Origin: Candidatus Woesearchaeota archaeon
GTDB lineage: Archaea; Nanobdellota; Nanobdellia; Woesearchaeales; GW2011-AR4
Reading direction: 5' to 3'
DNA: 64,000 nucleotides
Assembly: GCA_016177615.1 (NCBI GenBank)
Contig: JACOUX010000012.1
Span: 17,104-81,103 of the forward strand
Every line of letters starts with the position of its first letter. The first letter of the stretch is position 1. Below are positions 49,326 through 59,300 of this stretch, piece by piece. Below the pieces are notes generated by a model. The model saw only the letters and a list, made by a program, of their open reading frames with translations, was not told where the DNA came from and searched no databases. Position numbers and translations under genes: made by a program.

Positions 49326-50459
49326 CTATTTCAGATGTATCTCCACAACATCATTGTCCTGCAAAACATGGTCGAGCCTCCTTACAGGCATTGCGGGAAA
49401 CTTTGCTGACTTCCCCCAGAGCCTGGCAAACTTGAACTTTGAAGCGAAATCCTTGTGCAGCTTCAGGCACATGTCTTTCATAGTGCCCCCGTTTCTCATT
49501 ATCAGAGGTATTTCCTTATCTGCCCTTTTTCCGGATTCCTTGCAGAACACCCTCATAAATCCAAGCTTCTGGAAGATAAGCTCTTTAAGCTTCTCTGTGT
49601 TTACCTTGCGCTCTGCTGAAACGCATATGTCCGGGTTAACTATTGACTTTACCCTTTCAAGCTCTTTTTCATCAACCATGTCTATCTTATTCAGGACTAT
49701 TATTCCAGGCACATACCTCTTGTTTCCCTCTATTGCATCAATAAGCTGGTCGTCATTAATGTCCTCCCTTATAACAACGCTGGAATTTTCCAGCCTGAAC
49801 TCCTTCAGGATTGCCTTTATTGTGTCTTCATTTATTTTTGTAAGCCTGACAGTATATCCAATATCTATTCCTCCTTTCATCTTCTTGCTTATCTTCACCT
49901 GAGGCGGCTTTTGGTTTAGCCTCAAGCCAGTCTCAAATATTTCTTTTTCTACAACTTCGAGGTGTTCCGGGCTGAAGACATCAAGCAGTATTATCACCAA
50001 ATCAGCGCTCTGTGCGCAGGCAAGAACTTCTTTGCCCCTTCCTCTTCCTGTTGCAGCGCCTTCAACTATTCCGGGAACGTCAAGAACCTGTATCTTTGCA
50101 TGATTTATTTCCAACAAGCCTGGAATGCATGTTAATGTTGTGAACGCATAAGCGCCAACAGGGGAGTTTGCGTTTGTAATTGCATTAAGCAAAGTGGATT
50201 TTCCCACTGACGGAAAGCCGACCATTATAGCTGTTGCATCGCCTGTCCTTCTTACGCTGAATCCCTGGCCTCCGCCTTTTGACGCGGCTTTTCTTTGGTA
50301 ATCCTCCTTCAGCTTTGCAAGTTTGGCTTTTACCAAGCCTATGTGTCCTTGGGTTTTCTTGTTGTATTTCGTAGTTGAAAGCTCTTCTTCCAGCTCGTTT
50401 ACTTTTCTGTCATAAGAGGATTCGTGCTTTTTCGCGTCTTTGAGATTAAGCTGCTGCAT
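49326..50459 (-). CDS. DRG-family (Obg-like) GTPase with a C-terminal TGS domain
   Basis: MVGFPSVGKSTLLNAITN, VLDVPGIVEGA and LNKIDM, then a C-terminal TGS-like segment (LQDNDVVEIHLK). Confidence 0.88.
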   Translation of the reverse strand: MQQLNLKDAKKHESSYDRKVNELEEELSTTKYNKKTQGHIGLVKAKLAKLKEDYQRKAASKGGGQGFSVRRTGDATAIMVGFPSVGKSTLLNAITNANSPVGAYAFTTLTCIPGLLEINHAKIQVLDVPGIVEGAATGRGRGKEVLACAQSADLVIILLDVFSPEHLEVVEKEIFETGLRLNQKPPQVKISKKMKGGIDIGYTVRLTKINEDTIKAILKEFRLENSSVVIREDINDDQLIDAIEGNKRYVPGIIVLNKIDMVDEKELERVKSIVNPDICVSAERKVNTEKLKELIFQKLGFMRVFCKESGKRADKEIPLIMRNGGTMKDMCLKLHKDFASKFKFARLWGKSAKFPAMPVRRLDHVLQDNDVVEIHLK

Positions 50460-50482
50460 AACGATAAAGTTAAGGAAAAGTG

Positions 50483-50490
50483 TATAAAAA
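50483..50490 (-). promoter_or_regulatory. TATA-like box for the DRG GTPase gene (leaderless)
   Basis: TTTTTATA on the minus strand, centred ~27 nt upstream of the ATG at 50459. Confidence 0.45.
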
Positions 50491-50518
50491 GGTTTGTGGT
50501 TGGCGTTTGACGGGAAAG

Positions 50519-50526
50519 TTTTATTA
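50519..50526 (+). promoter_or_regulatory. TATA-like box for the NucS-like gene (leaderless)
   Basis: TTTTATTA centred ~27 nt upstream of the ATG at 50550. Confidence 0.45.
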
Positions 50527-50549
50527 ACACACTATTATTTTTTAATTAA

Positions 50550-51641
50550 ATGTCAATTATCATTTCAAAAAATGGAAGAGAAGCGAAAAGAATCGATAAA
50601 TCGGATTTTGGTCAAGAGGACAAACTTCAAAAGTATATTTATGATAATCCTGAAAGCATACCTCTTTACAATATAAAAGAGAATATACGTCTTCTGATTT
50701 TGGCGCGCGAAGTTTCCACAAAAAGCGGACCTATAGATGCTTTGGGTGTGGATAAAGACGGAACTATTTATATCATAGAAACAAAACTTTACAAAAACAG
50801 CGACAAGCGTTTAGTTGTAGCACAAGTACTTGACTATGGGGCTTCAATATGGCATACCTATACGGATTTCAGTGAATTTTTAAGGATTCTAGACCAACAT
50901 GTAAATAAGCAGTTTAAAATCAGTTTAAACCAAAAATTAAGCGAATTTTTTAGTATTGATGATGACCAAAGCCAATTGCTTTTAGATAATGTAAAGAAAA
51001 ATCTCAACACAGGTAACTTTAAGTTTGTTGTACTAATGGATAAATTGCATGATCAATTAAAAGATTTGATACTTTTCTTAAACCAAAACAGCCAATTTGA
51101 TATTTTTGCTGTGGAAATGGAATATTATAAATATCAAGATTATGAAATAATTATTCCTAGGTTATATGGAACTGAGGTTAAGAAAGAAGTAAGTGTATCT
51201 TCAAGAACTACTAAAGTGTGGGACGAAGAAAGTTTTTTTGAACAAGCAAAAAGTATCTTAAATGAAAGCGAACTGGAAATCTTAAAAGATATCTATAACT
51301 TTGCTAAAAAAATGGGAGATGTGACTTTTGGAACAGGAATTACTGCCACATTTAGGATGGAGGAAAAGTCTTTTGAAAAGAACTTGTTCACTATTTTTTC
51401 TAGCGGAAGAGCATGGGTTGGGGTTGGTTGGATAAGTCAAATAAACCTAGAGGTAGGGAAATGGTTGGCTCATGAAATTGGAAGGATTGGTATTAACATC
51501 CCACAAGGTAAAAATTTGGAATCTGCTTACCCAGAATTTAACATTATTAGATTAAATCCAGAACAAATAGAAGTGTTTAAGAAAATTTTTGAAAGCATTT
51601 GCCAAAAAATGGAAAATAATAATTTACAACAAACACAATAA
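50550..51641 (+). CDS. PD-(D/E)xK nuclease-fold protein (NucS/DUF91-like N-terminal domain) with an unknown C-terminal domain
   Basis: FGQEDKLQKYIYDNPESI ... GPIDALGVDKDGTIYIIETKLYKNSDKRLVVAQVLDYG gives the D...E-x-K...Q pattern. AT-rich gene. Confidence 0.6.
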   Translation: MSIIISKNGREAKRIDKSDFGQEDKLQKYIYDNPESIPLYNIKENIRLLILAREVSTKSGPIDALGVDKDGTIYIIETKLYKNSDKRLVVAQVLDYGASIWHTYTDFSEFLRILDQHVNKQFKISLNQKLSEFFSIDDDQSQLLLDNVKKNLNTGNFKFVVLMDKLHDQLKDLILFLNQNSQFDIFAVEMEYYKYQDYEIIIPRLYGTEVKKEVSVSSRTTKVWDEESFFEQAKSILNESELEILKDIYNFAKKMGDVTFGTGITATFRMEEKSFEKNLFTIFSSGRAWVGVGWISQINLEVGKWLAHEIGRIGINIPQGKNLESAYPEFNIIRLNPEQIEVFKKIFESICQKMENNNLQQTQ

Positions 51642-51643
51642 AC

Positions 51644-52294
51644 TCACTTCTTCTTCGGAACCTTTTTCCAGTCTTCCAGGAACTTCTTAATCCCGACATC
51701 TGTCAATGTATGCTTAAATAATTGCTCAAAGACAGAATAAGGCATTGTCGCTATCTCTGCGCCTATCTTTGCAGCTTCAAAAACGTGAATCGGGTTTCTT
51801 ATTGAAGCGACAAGTATCTGGGTTGTGAACTTGTAATTGTTGTAAATCAGCCTTATGTCTTTGATTAAGTCCATTCCTACTTCACCTATGTCATCTAATC
51901 TTCCTACAAAAGGACTTACAATGAAAGCTCCTGATTTTGCCGCCAGCAATGCCTGGTTTGCTGAAAACACAAGGGTTACATTGACTTTTATTCCTTTCTT
52001 AGTTAGTTTCTGGCATGCCTTCATTCCCTCAACTGTCATCGGGACTTTCACGACAATGTTCTTTGCAATCTTTGAGAATTCTATTCCTTCTTTCACCATC
52101 CCTTCTGCATCCAGTGAAACTGTCTCTGCGCTTACAGGACCTTTTATTATTGAGCAGATTTCCTTTAAAACTTCATTGTATTCTCTTCCAGCCTTGGCAG
52201 CCAAGGATGGATTGGTTGTGCAGCCGTCGCATGCAGATGTCTCTGCTGCTCTTTTTATCTCCGAAGTATCCGCGGAATCAATGAAAAGTTGCAT
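51644..52294 (-). CDS. tal: Transaldolase / fructose-6-phosphate aldolase (TalC/FSA type)
   Basis: [14 protein letters not shown]...GCTTNPSL...VVKVPMT...VNVTLVFS...SPFVGRLDD. Confidence 0.92.
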   Translation of the reverse strand: MQLFIDSADTSEIKRAAETSACDGCTTNPSLAAKAGREYNEVLKEICSIIKGPVSAETVSLDAEGMVKEGIEFSKIAKNIVVKVPMTVEGMKACQKLTKKGIKVNVTLVFSANQALLAAKSGAFIVSPFVGRLDDIGEVGMDLIKDIRLIYNNYKFTTQILVASIRNPIHVFEAAKIGAEIATMPYSVFEQLFKHTLTDVGIKKFLEDWKKVPKKK

Positions 52295-52335
52295 TTTTTA
52301 TCACCTTAGTAGTTCATTTAGAAAAGAATTCTTGT

Positions 52336-52848
52336 TTATAAGATTTGCCCTTTATCCTGATTGCCATGGCTCTTTTTGCATTTGGAATATCCAGTCTGTT
52401 TTGGGCACTCACCAGAGTCTATATAGCCCCTCATCTTCCCCATTGTTTTTATTAAAAATATTTTCTTTTCTTCGGTATAAGGGATATAAAAAGGATTTCC
52501 ATTTCGGTACTGCAAAAACCCATACCTTGGTTTTGTGCCTTTGGTTTCTTCTATAAGCAAACAGTAGGAAATTAGTTGCATCACATGGGAAGGATATGGT
52601 TGATGGGGTTTCCTTGAGTGTTTTATTTCCAAAGGCAGAAGACCATCTTTTGTATGTAATATAAAATCTGGTTTCCCGACAAGCCCGTATTTTGAAGAAA
52701 AAAGAGCTTCTATGGGCTTTTCCTTATGGTCAAAATAAACTGATTTATTTTTATAAACTTGGGTTGGGACTCTTGTTAATCGCAGTAATAAAAATAAAAT
52801 TAATAATATTGCGCCAGCCCCTACAATCAGTATATCAATAGTGTTCAT
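52336..52848 (-). CDS. Cas4/RecB-like PD-(D/E)xK nuclease core (DUF83-like), N-terminally membrane anchored
   Basis: TM helix, then GLVGKPDFIL...LPLEIKHS...QLISYCLLIEE...GFLQY... and C-terminal Cys residues (GECP...KCKK). Confidence 0.6.
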   Translation of the reverse strand: MNTIDILIVGAGAILLILFLLLRLTRVPTQVYKNKSVYFDHKEKPIEALFSSKYGLVGKPDFILHTKDGLLPLEIKHSRKPHQPYPSHVMQLISYCLLIEETKGTKPRYGFLQYRNGNPFYIPYTEEKKIFLIKTMGKMRGYIDSGECPKQTGYSKCKKSHGNQDKGQIL

Positions 52849-53081
52849 CTTAAAAATCTATAAATAATTAGAGTTGCAATTATGAAGATTGTAATTCTTA
52901 TACAAAAATAGATAGTTCTGGCCTTTGATTGGTTTCTTGCGATATCCTGATGGAACGCCTCCCCCTTGCTTATTGCAGGAGTTACTTTAACCCCAGTAGT
53001 TCTTTCAGTCCACCAGCAAACGGGGCAGAAAATATAAGATGCTATCTCACTTGATTTTATTGTTTTCAAAGATATTGTCAT
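52845..53081 (-). CDS. Cas4-like N-terminal segment (Cys motif) fused to a TM helix; ATGA-coupled to the downstream nuclease core
   Basis: SSEIASYIFCPVCWW...GEAFH resembles the Cas4/DUF83 N-terminus. C-terminal TM helix IRITIFIIATLIIY. The stop overlaps the next ATG. Confidence 0.5.
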   Translation of the reverse strand: MTISLKTIKSSEIASYIFCPVCWWTERTTGVKVTPAISKGEAFHQDIARNQSKARTIYFCIRITIFIIATLIIYRFLR

Positions 53082-53094
53082 TTTAGGTTGCCAA

Positions 53095-53529
53095 TCAAAC
53101 GCTCACCAGCACAGCCCCTATTACAATCATCACAGCGCCTGAAATCACTCTCCACATCTGAGAAACATCAGGAATCTCCTTAAGGAAAATTATTCCCAGC
53201 ACTACAGCAATCAAGGTATTAGTGTTATATATTGGCGCAAGCCTTGCAACATCTGCCTTTTGCGCAATGGCAACTGCAACTGCAATAAATCCAACAGCCC
53301 ATATTATCCCTGAAACAAACAGCAGGCTGCTTGACTTCCATTCAAACTGAACATTCGGCTTGAAGAGCAAAAAAGCCGCGTAAGTTAAAACAATGCCGAG
53401 CGCAAAGACAAAGGCAGCATAATAAGGAGTGGAGCTGCTTTTCTGGTAGGCATATTTGTAGATGATTGTCTGTATTCCAAAGCAGAAAGATGCTATCAAC
53501 CCGTAAATGACCCAGTTTTCCATTTTCAT
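53095..53529 (-). CDS. EamA-domain small membrane transporter (DMT superfamily, single EamA repeat)
   Basis: A 144-aa protein with 4-5 TM helices and an EamA-like pattern. Confidence 0.6.
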   Translation of the reverse strand: MKMENWVIYGLIASFCFGIQTIIYKYAYQKSSSTPYYAAFVFALGIVLTYAAFLLFKPNVQFEWKSSSLLFVSGIIWAVGFIAVAVAIAQKADVARLAPIYNTNTLIAVVLGIIFLKEIPDVSQMWRVISGAVMIVIGAVLVSV

Positions 53530-54467
53530 TTCTTCTTGACGAACTTCATCGCTTCTTCAGCTATAGATTCTGCGTCCAGCCCATATTTTTTGTACAATTC
53601 TTCAGGCTTTCCAGACTCTCCAAATTTATCCTGCATTCCGATTCTTTTCATAATGCAAGGATAATTCTCCCCTAATACTTCTGCAACAGCGCTTCCCAAT
53701 CCGCCAATCACATTGTGATCTTCTGCTGTTATTACACAATTTGTTTTCCTTGCCAGCTCAATTATTAATTTTTCATCAATCGGCTTTATGGTATGGATAT
53801 TGGCAACATAAGCATCTATATTTTCATTTTTTAGGATTGCGGCAGCTTTCAGGGATTCGTGAACCATAGTCCCAGACGCAAATATGGCTGCGTCTTTTCC
53901 CTGCCTCAAAACTTCTCCTTTTCCCATTTCAAATTTATAGTCTGAACCGTGAATGACCGGAAATGCCGTCCTGTGCACCCTCATATAAGAAGGCCCGTGA
54001 TAGCCAGCAAGGGCAAAGACCATTTTCTCGCATTCAACTGCATCAGATGGCTGCAGCACGACCATATTTGGCAAAGACCTGTATATTGCAATGTCCTCGA
54101 TTGCCTGAGCTGACTTGCCATCTTCTCCTGTTGTTATGCCGGCATGGCTTCCTGTAATCTTAACGTTAAGCTTGTTTCTTGCAACAACATTCCTCACGAA
54201 TTCAAATGCCCTCTCACTGAAAATTGCGAATGTGCTTGCATATGGAATCTTTCCTGAAACAGAAAGTCCAGCAGCAATCCCTATCATATCCTGCTCCGCT
54301 ATTCCAGCTGTAAAAAACCTTTCAGGAAACTGCTTTCCAAAATGCTCTGCCTTTGTAGAATCTCCAAGATCGGCATCTACGACGACAACATTAGGGTTTA
54401 TCTTTCCAAGGTCGAGCAGCGCTTTTCCGTAGCCTTCCCTTGTTGCTATTTTTTGGCTTGTTTCCAT
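53526..54467 (-). CDS. tkt: Transketolase, C-terminal (pyrimidine-binding) subunit
   Basis: ATREGYGKALLDLG...VVDADLGDSTK...FFTAGIAEQDMIG. I prefer the ATG at 54467, just after the upstream stop. Confidence 0.9.
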   Translation of the reverse strand: METSQKIATREGYGKALLDLGKINPNVVVVDADLGDSTKAEHFGKQFPERFFTAGIAEQDMIGIAAGLSVSGKIPYASTFAIFSERAFEFVRNVVARNKLNVKITGSHAGITTGEDGKSAQAIEDIAIYRSLPNMVVLQPSDAVECEKMVFALAGYHGPSYMRVHRTAFPVIHGSDYKFEMGKGEVLRQGKDAAIFASGTMVHESLKAAAILKNENIDAYVANIHTIKPIDEKLIIELARKTNCVITAEDHNVIGGLGSAVAEVLGENYPCIMKRIGMQDKFGESGKPEELYKKYGLDAESIAEEAMKFVKKK

Positions 54468-54468
54468 T

Positions 54469-55314
54469 TTATTTAAACTTCTTAACATCAATCTTTTCAA
54501 TCTCTTCCATTGCCTTTTTGTATTCTTCCTCATTCGGCGCTTTGCCGTGGAACTTGTAATTTAATTCCATGAACGAAACTCCTTTGCCCTTTATAGTGTT
54601 TGAAACTATCATTGTCGGCTTTCCGTTTCTATTCTTGGACGATTTATCTAAAGCGCCAACAATCTGCCCCATATCATGACCATTGATTTCAATCACGTTC
54701 CATCCAAACGCTTTCCATTTACCAACAACATCGCCAATGTCCATAACATCTTTCGTCTTTCCTGTTTCCTGAACCTGGTTTTTGTCAAGAATTGCAATAA
54801 GATTGTCCAATTTATGAAATGCTGCTGCCATTGAAGCTTCCCATATTGCGCCTTCCTGTGACTCGCCATCCCCTATCATTGCATACACTCTGGAATTTTT
54901 CTTGTCCAATTTTAATGCCAGTGCAATTCCAACCGCAAAACTTAATCCCTGTCCCAGTGAGCCTCCTGCAAAGTCAATTCCTGGCGTGCTTAATTCAGGA
55001 TGGCCTTGGAGCATCCTGTTTATTTTTCTGAACCCGTCAAGCTCTGATTTTGGGAAGTATCCTTTGTCAGCAAGAACAACATATAATCCCGGGCTTGCAT
55101 GCCCCTTGCTCAGAATAAATCTGTCCCTGTCTTCCCATTTTGGATTTTTAGGATCAATTTTCAGCCTGTGGAAATAAAGGGCAGTGAGCATGTCAATTTC
55201 GCTTAATGACCCTCCTGGATGCCCAGACTGCGCTTTGAAGACTAAGTCAATTATTTCCTTCCTGAAACCCTTAGCTTTCTGCTTCAATTCATGGATTAAA
55301 TCCTTCTTCGGCAT
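54469..55314 (-). CDS. tkt: Transketolase, N-terminal (thiamine-diphosphate-binding) subunit
   Basis: GHPGGSLS...FILSKGHASP...GSLGQGLS...MIGDGESQEG. Confidence 0.92.
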   Translation of the reverse strand: MPKKDLIHELKQKAKGFRKEIIDLVFKAQSGHPGGSLSEIDMLTALYFHRLKIDPKNPKWEDRDRFILSKGHASPGLYVVLADKGYFPKSELDGFRKINRMLQGHPELSTPGIDFAGGSLGQGLSFAVGIALALKLDKKNSRVYAMIGDGESQEGAIWEASMAAAFHKLDNLIAILDKNQVQETGKTKDVMDIGDVVGKWKAFGWNVIEINGHDMGQIVGALDKSSKNRNGKPTMIVSNTIKGKGVSFMELNYKFHGKAPNEEEYKKAMEEIEKIDVKKFK

Positions 55315-55378
55315 TTTGGATTGTATAGAATATATTGCTTTTTATATCTTTGGTTAAAAATAATAAAAAATAGAAGAA

Positions 55379-56197
55379 TTATCTCTTTACAACTTCTGCT
55401 GCAGGCTTCATTCCTTTCCAGGCAAGCTCGAACAGGTTTTCAAGGGCGCTTGCAAAGAATGGCGTGTTAACCCAGATGCCAACATCATAGGTCGGATGGA
55501 CTTCATTGTCATCCAAGACCATAAAAATGATTTCTTTGCCGTCCACAATGCAGAACCTTGCCTTGTTGTCTGTGTGCCTTACTTCAACAAGCCCCTGGAC
55601 ATCCTTCAATGCAGACACTGCCTCTTTTGTGATTGGAGCTGCGATCCTTATCTTGACTCCTCTCTTTTTCAGTTTCTCGAATGTAGGCTTAAGGCCCTCC
55701 ATTTTCCTTATGAACCCTTGCGCAGTCGTCATCAAAGTGACGCTTTCCTCTGCATTCCTTATCGTCAGCTCAAGGTGGTTGTATAAATTATGCCTTCCCC
55801 TTAAAGACCCTGATAAGTCTGCCGGCTCTACAAGCTCAACTCCTTGTGTGTGCAAAGTGCTTAGCTCATCGATGATTTCGGTGTTTTTCAAATCGCTTAA
55901 TTTCTTGATCTCGTCCTTTGCGTATTCCTGAACATTTTTCTTGACTCTCTCGACAACCTCCTTTGGAGGGACTGCGATATACTTGATTGGCTTGCCAAGT
56001 TTCATTATTACAAACCCCTTCTTCTCCAAAGATTCCAGAACGTCGTAGCTTCTTGACCTGGGAACATTTGCTATGTCGCTTAATTCCCCTGCCGTGGAAA
56101 CACCCCTGCTCAAAAGAGCAGTCCATATCTTAACTTCGTACAGGTTCAATGAAAAAAACCTTCTCAATTTGCTCAAAAATTCTTCTTTAACTATCAT
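55379..56197 (-). CDS. TrmB-family transcriptional regulator
   Basis: LNLYEVKIWTALLSRGVSTAGELSDIANVPRSRSYDVLESLEKKGFV plus a TrmB C-terminal domain. I prefer the ATG at 56197; the track start is 56242. Confidence 0.75.
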   Translation of the reverse strand: MIVKEEFLSKLRRFFSLNLYEVKIWTALLSRGVSTAGELSDIANVPRSRSYDVLESLEKKGFVIMKLGKPIKYIAVPPKEVVERVKKNVQEYAKDEIKKLSDLKNTEIIDELSTLHTQGVELVEPADLSGSLRGRHNLYNHLELTIRNAEESVTLMTTAQGFIRKMEGLKPTFEKLKKRGVKIRIAAPITKEAVSALKDVQGLVEVRHTDNKARFCIVDGKEIIFMVLDDNEVHPTYDVGIWVNTPFFASALENLFELAWKGMKPAAEVVKR

Positions 56198-56389
56198 GCA
56201 AACACACCCCCCTTTTATTATTGAAAAGGGGATAAAAATCACTACTATTAAAATGTTGTTATTTTTTATCAGTAAGTGGTAATTCCATTACGAAATGGCA
56301 CCATCTTATTATAACTGACTAGTTAGAACAATATAATAAGTGCTGATATTTAAATGTTTTGGGAAAAATTGGAAAAATAGGCGTATTTG

Positions 56390-59300
56390 CTAGTTTACCC
56401 TTGTTTTTGCAATAATCTCTACCACACCCGGATCAGCCAATGTTGTTATATTCCCGTAATCTGTTTTTCCTTCTGCAATTGCTTTCAGTATCCTCCTCAT
56501 TATCTTCCCGCTTCTTGTCTTCGGCAGCTCATCTGCAAATTGGATCTTATCGGGCTTTGCGATTGGTCCAATGTGCTGCGCAACATACTTTCTCAACTCT
56601 TCTTTCAGTGCTTCATCCTTTGAAATGCCTTTTTTCAAAACGACAAATGCATAGATTGCTTGCCCTTTAACTTCATGCGGATATGGAACAACCGCTGCTT
56701 CTGCAACTGCCTCATGGCTAACCAAAGAGCTTTCAACTTCAGCGCTTCCTATCCTATGCCCGGCTACCTTAATGACGTCATCAATCCTTCCCATTACCCA
56801 GAAATAGCCATCTTCATCTATCTTTGCGCTGTCTCCGGTTAAGTAAACTCCGAATTTTTCAAAATAAGTTTTCTTGTACATGTCTGGGTTGTTCCAGATT
56901 GTCCTCAGCATCCCTGGCCATGGATTTTTTATGACAAGATAGCCGCCTTCATTGGAATTTGCCTTTGTTCCATCTTCCCTTAAGACTTCGGCAGCAATCC
57001 CGAAAAACGGCAATGTTGCAGAGCCTGGCTTCAATGGGGTTGCTCCTGGCAAGGGGCTTATTAAAATGCCCCCTGTTTCTGTCTGCCACCATGTGTCCAC
57101 AATCGGGCATTTTTTCTTTCCAATCACATTATGATACCACATCCACGCTTCCGGATTTATCGGTTCCCCAACCGTTCCCAGCAGTCTTAGCGGGCTTAAA
57201 TCACATTTATTTGGCCAGTCATCGCCCTCTTTTGCCAGTGCCCTTATTGCAGTAGGCGCAGTGTAAAAAATTGTAGCTTTATGCTTTTCAATTATTCTCC
57301 AAAACCTGTCTGGCTTGGGATAAGTCGGAGAGCCTTCATACATCACAACAGTTGCCCCATTTGATAAAGGGCCATAAACAATGTATGAATGCCCGGTAAT
57401 CCATCCAATGTCTGCAGTGCAGAAATAAATATCCTTGTCTTTAATGTCAAAAATATACTTAAATGTCTGGTTTGCATAAAGCAAATATCCTGCCTGTGTA
57501 TGTAAAATACCTTTTGGCTTTCCTGTTGTGTTATGGGTAATAAAACCATTAACTACATAATTATGATTTTTTCCTGCTGTTAAATCATAAACAAAATCAG
57601 AATCATTGCCGATCTCGTTAATTTCTAAAATCTTCTCTAAAACCATTCCTTTAATGCCAATTAATGCCTGAATTTTATTTCTAATTAATTCCAATTTTCT
57701 TGATGTATCCCCTTCTGCACTATTAATCTTAGCATCTAAGAAAGTCCTGATTGCTATTAATCCATTTTTATCGGTCTCATTATAATAAACAAATTTGATA
57801 ATTTTATTAAATTCGCCTTTCCAGTCTACTTTGATCACCTTAGTGACTTCTTTTAGTAAGGAAAAAATGGTAAATCTTTCTTTTGGGATTATTTTTCTTG
57901 ATAAGAGCTTGTCCATTAAATTCTTGAGCCTGACACCTTTATTAATATCAGAAAAATGAATTTCATTATAGAACACATGAAGAGATTCTCTCTGGGATAT
58001 AATCAAATCAAAATAGTTCGTTTCTTTTATTTTACGATTTCTTATTTGCCTTTCTCTGCTTTTTCCATGGTAAACATTGGACACAATACCAAAACGTCTA
58101 AGCAATAATTGCACTATCCTAATGAGTTCTTCGCTGGTATTTGACAATTTAACAAAGCTACGCCCTATTGTGCCCTCTGCATCAAATATTCCCCTCAAAA
58201 ACCCAGCAATACAAACATTCTCGCTTCTTTGAATTATTTTTGGCACGCCTCTGCTTCTGCTCTTACGAATAATTTCAGAAAAATTATATTTTATGTAATT
58301 CGCAAGGATAGAACTGTTAACCAGTAATCTTTGCCTTTCTATTTTTCTTATATTACCTGTTAGCTGTAACTCATTTTTTATTAAATCCCTATAAAACATT
58401 AGGTTGTTTTTATCCTTGTCAGTAAATATTATGCTTCTTTTATCGAGATGCCCATCACCCAAAAAATATCCGATAATCTGTGCAAAATTTGCTGTAAGGA
58501 AATTATTAATTTTTGGGATATTTTTTGGTCTATAGGTTGTTATGTTTCTGTAAGTCTTTTCTTGGTTGATATCAGGCAATTTTTGCATTTCTCCTTTTAT
58601 GTTTATCTTTGACACCACAAATACTTTATCTTCTTTATTCAGACTGCCAGCTTCCTTTTCTACTATGTTTCCATACTCATCTAAAGAAAATAATCTATGG
58701 TTAGGGGTAAAAATACCTTCGAATGAAGGTGTCCTCACCTTAATCAAAAGAGAGTTGCTAGGATATTTATGATGATGTGTAATACTATCTTCTGTTTGAA
58801 CAAAATGGTTTGGGTCTAAATTAATTATACTCGTTTTCAGGTTATTATCATTAATGTCTTTTATTTTTACAATTTCCCCATTTGATAGCTGTATTAAAGA
58901 ATTGGCGTGGCAACATCCGCTAGTGTAAAGTATAAATAAAGATTCTTCTGCATGCAGGAATTCAGGGGCGCATTCATCTAAAATATTTTTGTCATTTATC
59001 AATTCATGCCACCAATAATCTCTATCATTAACCATATTAATTTTGTTTTCCGCTCTTTTTACAACTATAACATTCCTTATGCTAGGGCATTCTTGCAATG
59101 CGGCATCTGCATTTTCCTTCAGCGGAAAGATTTTTCCGTTTCTAAAGCTTCCATCAGCAGTTATTAAAATTTCTGCATTGGAATCCTGTATCCTGTCTTT
59201 TAATGCGTCAGAGCTGAAGCCTGCAAAAACAACAGAGTGGATTGCGCCAATTCTCGCGCATGCAAGCATTGCAATCGGCAATTCTGGAATCATTGGAAGG

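Noticed and set aside
52336-53081. Calling the Cas4-like pair part of a CRISPR-Cas locus.
   Set aside because: Stand-alone Cas4/DUF83 nucleases are common outside CRISPR loci, and nothing else CRISPR-related is present in the window.
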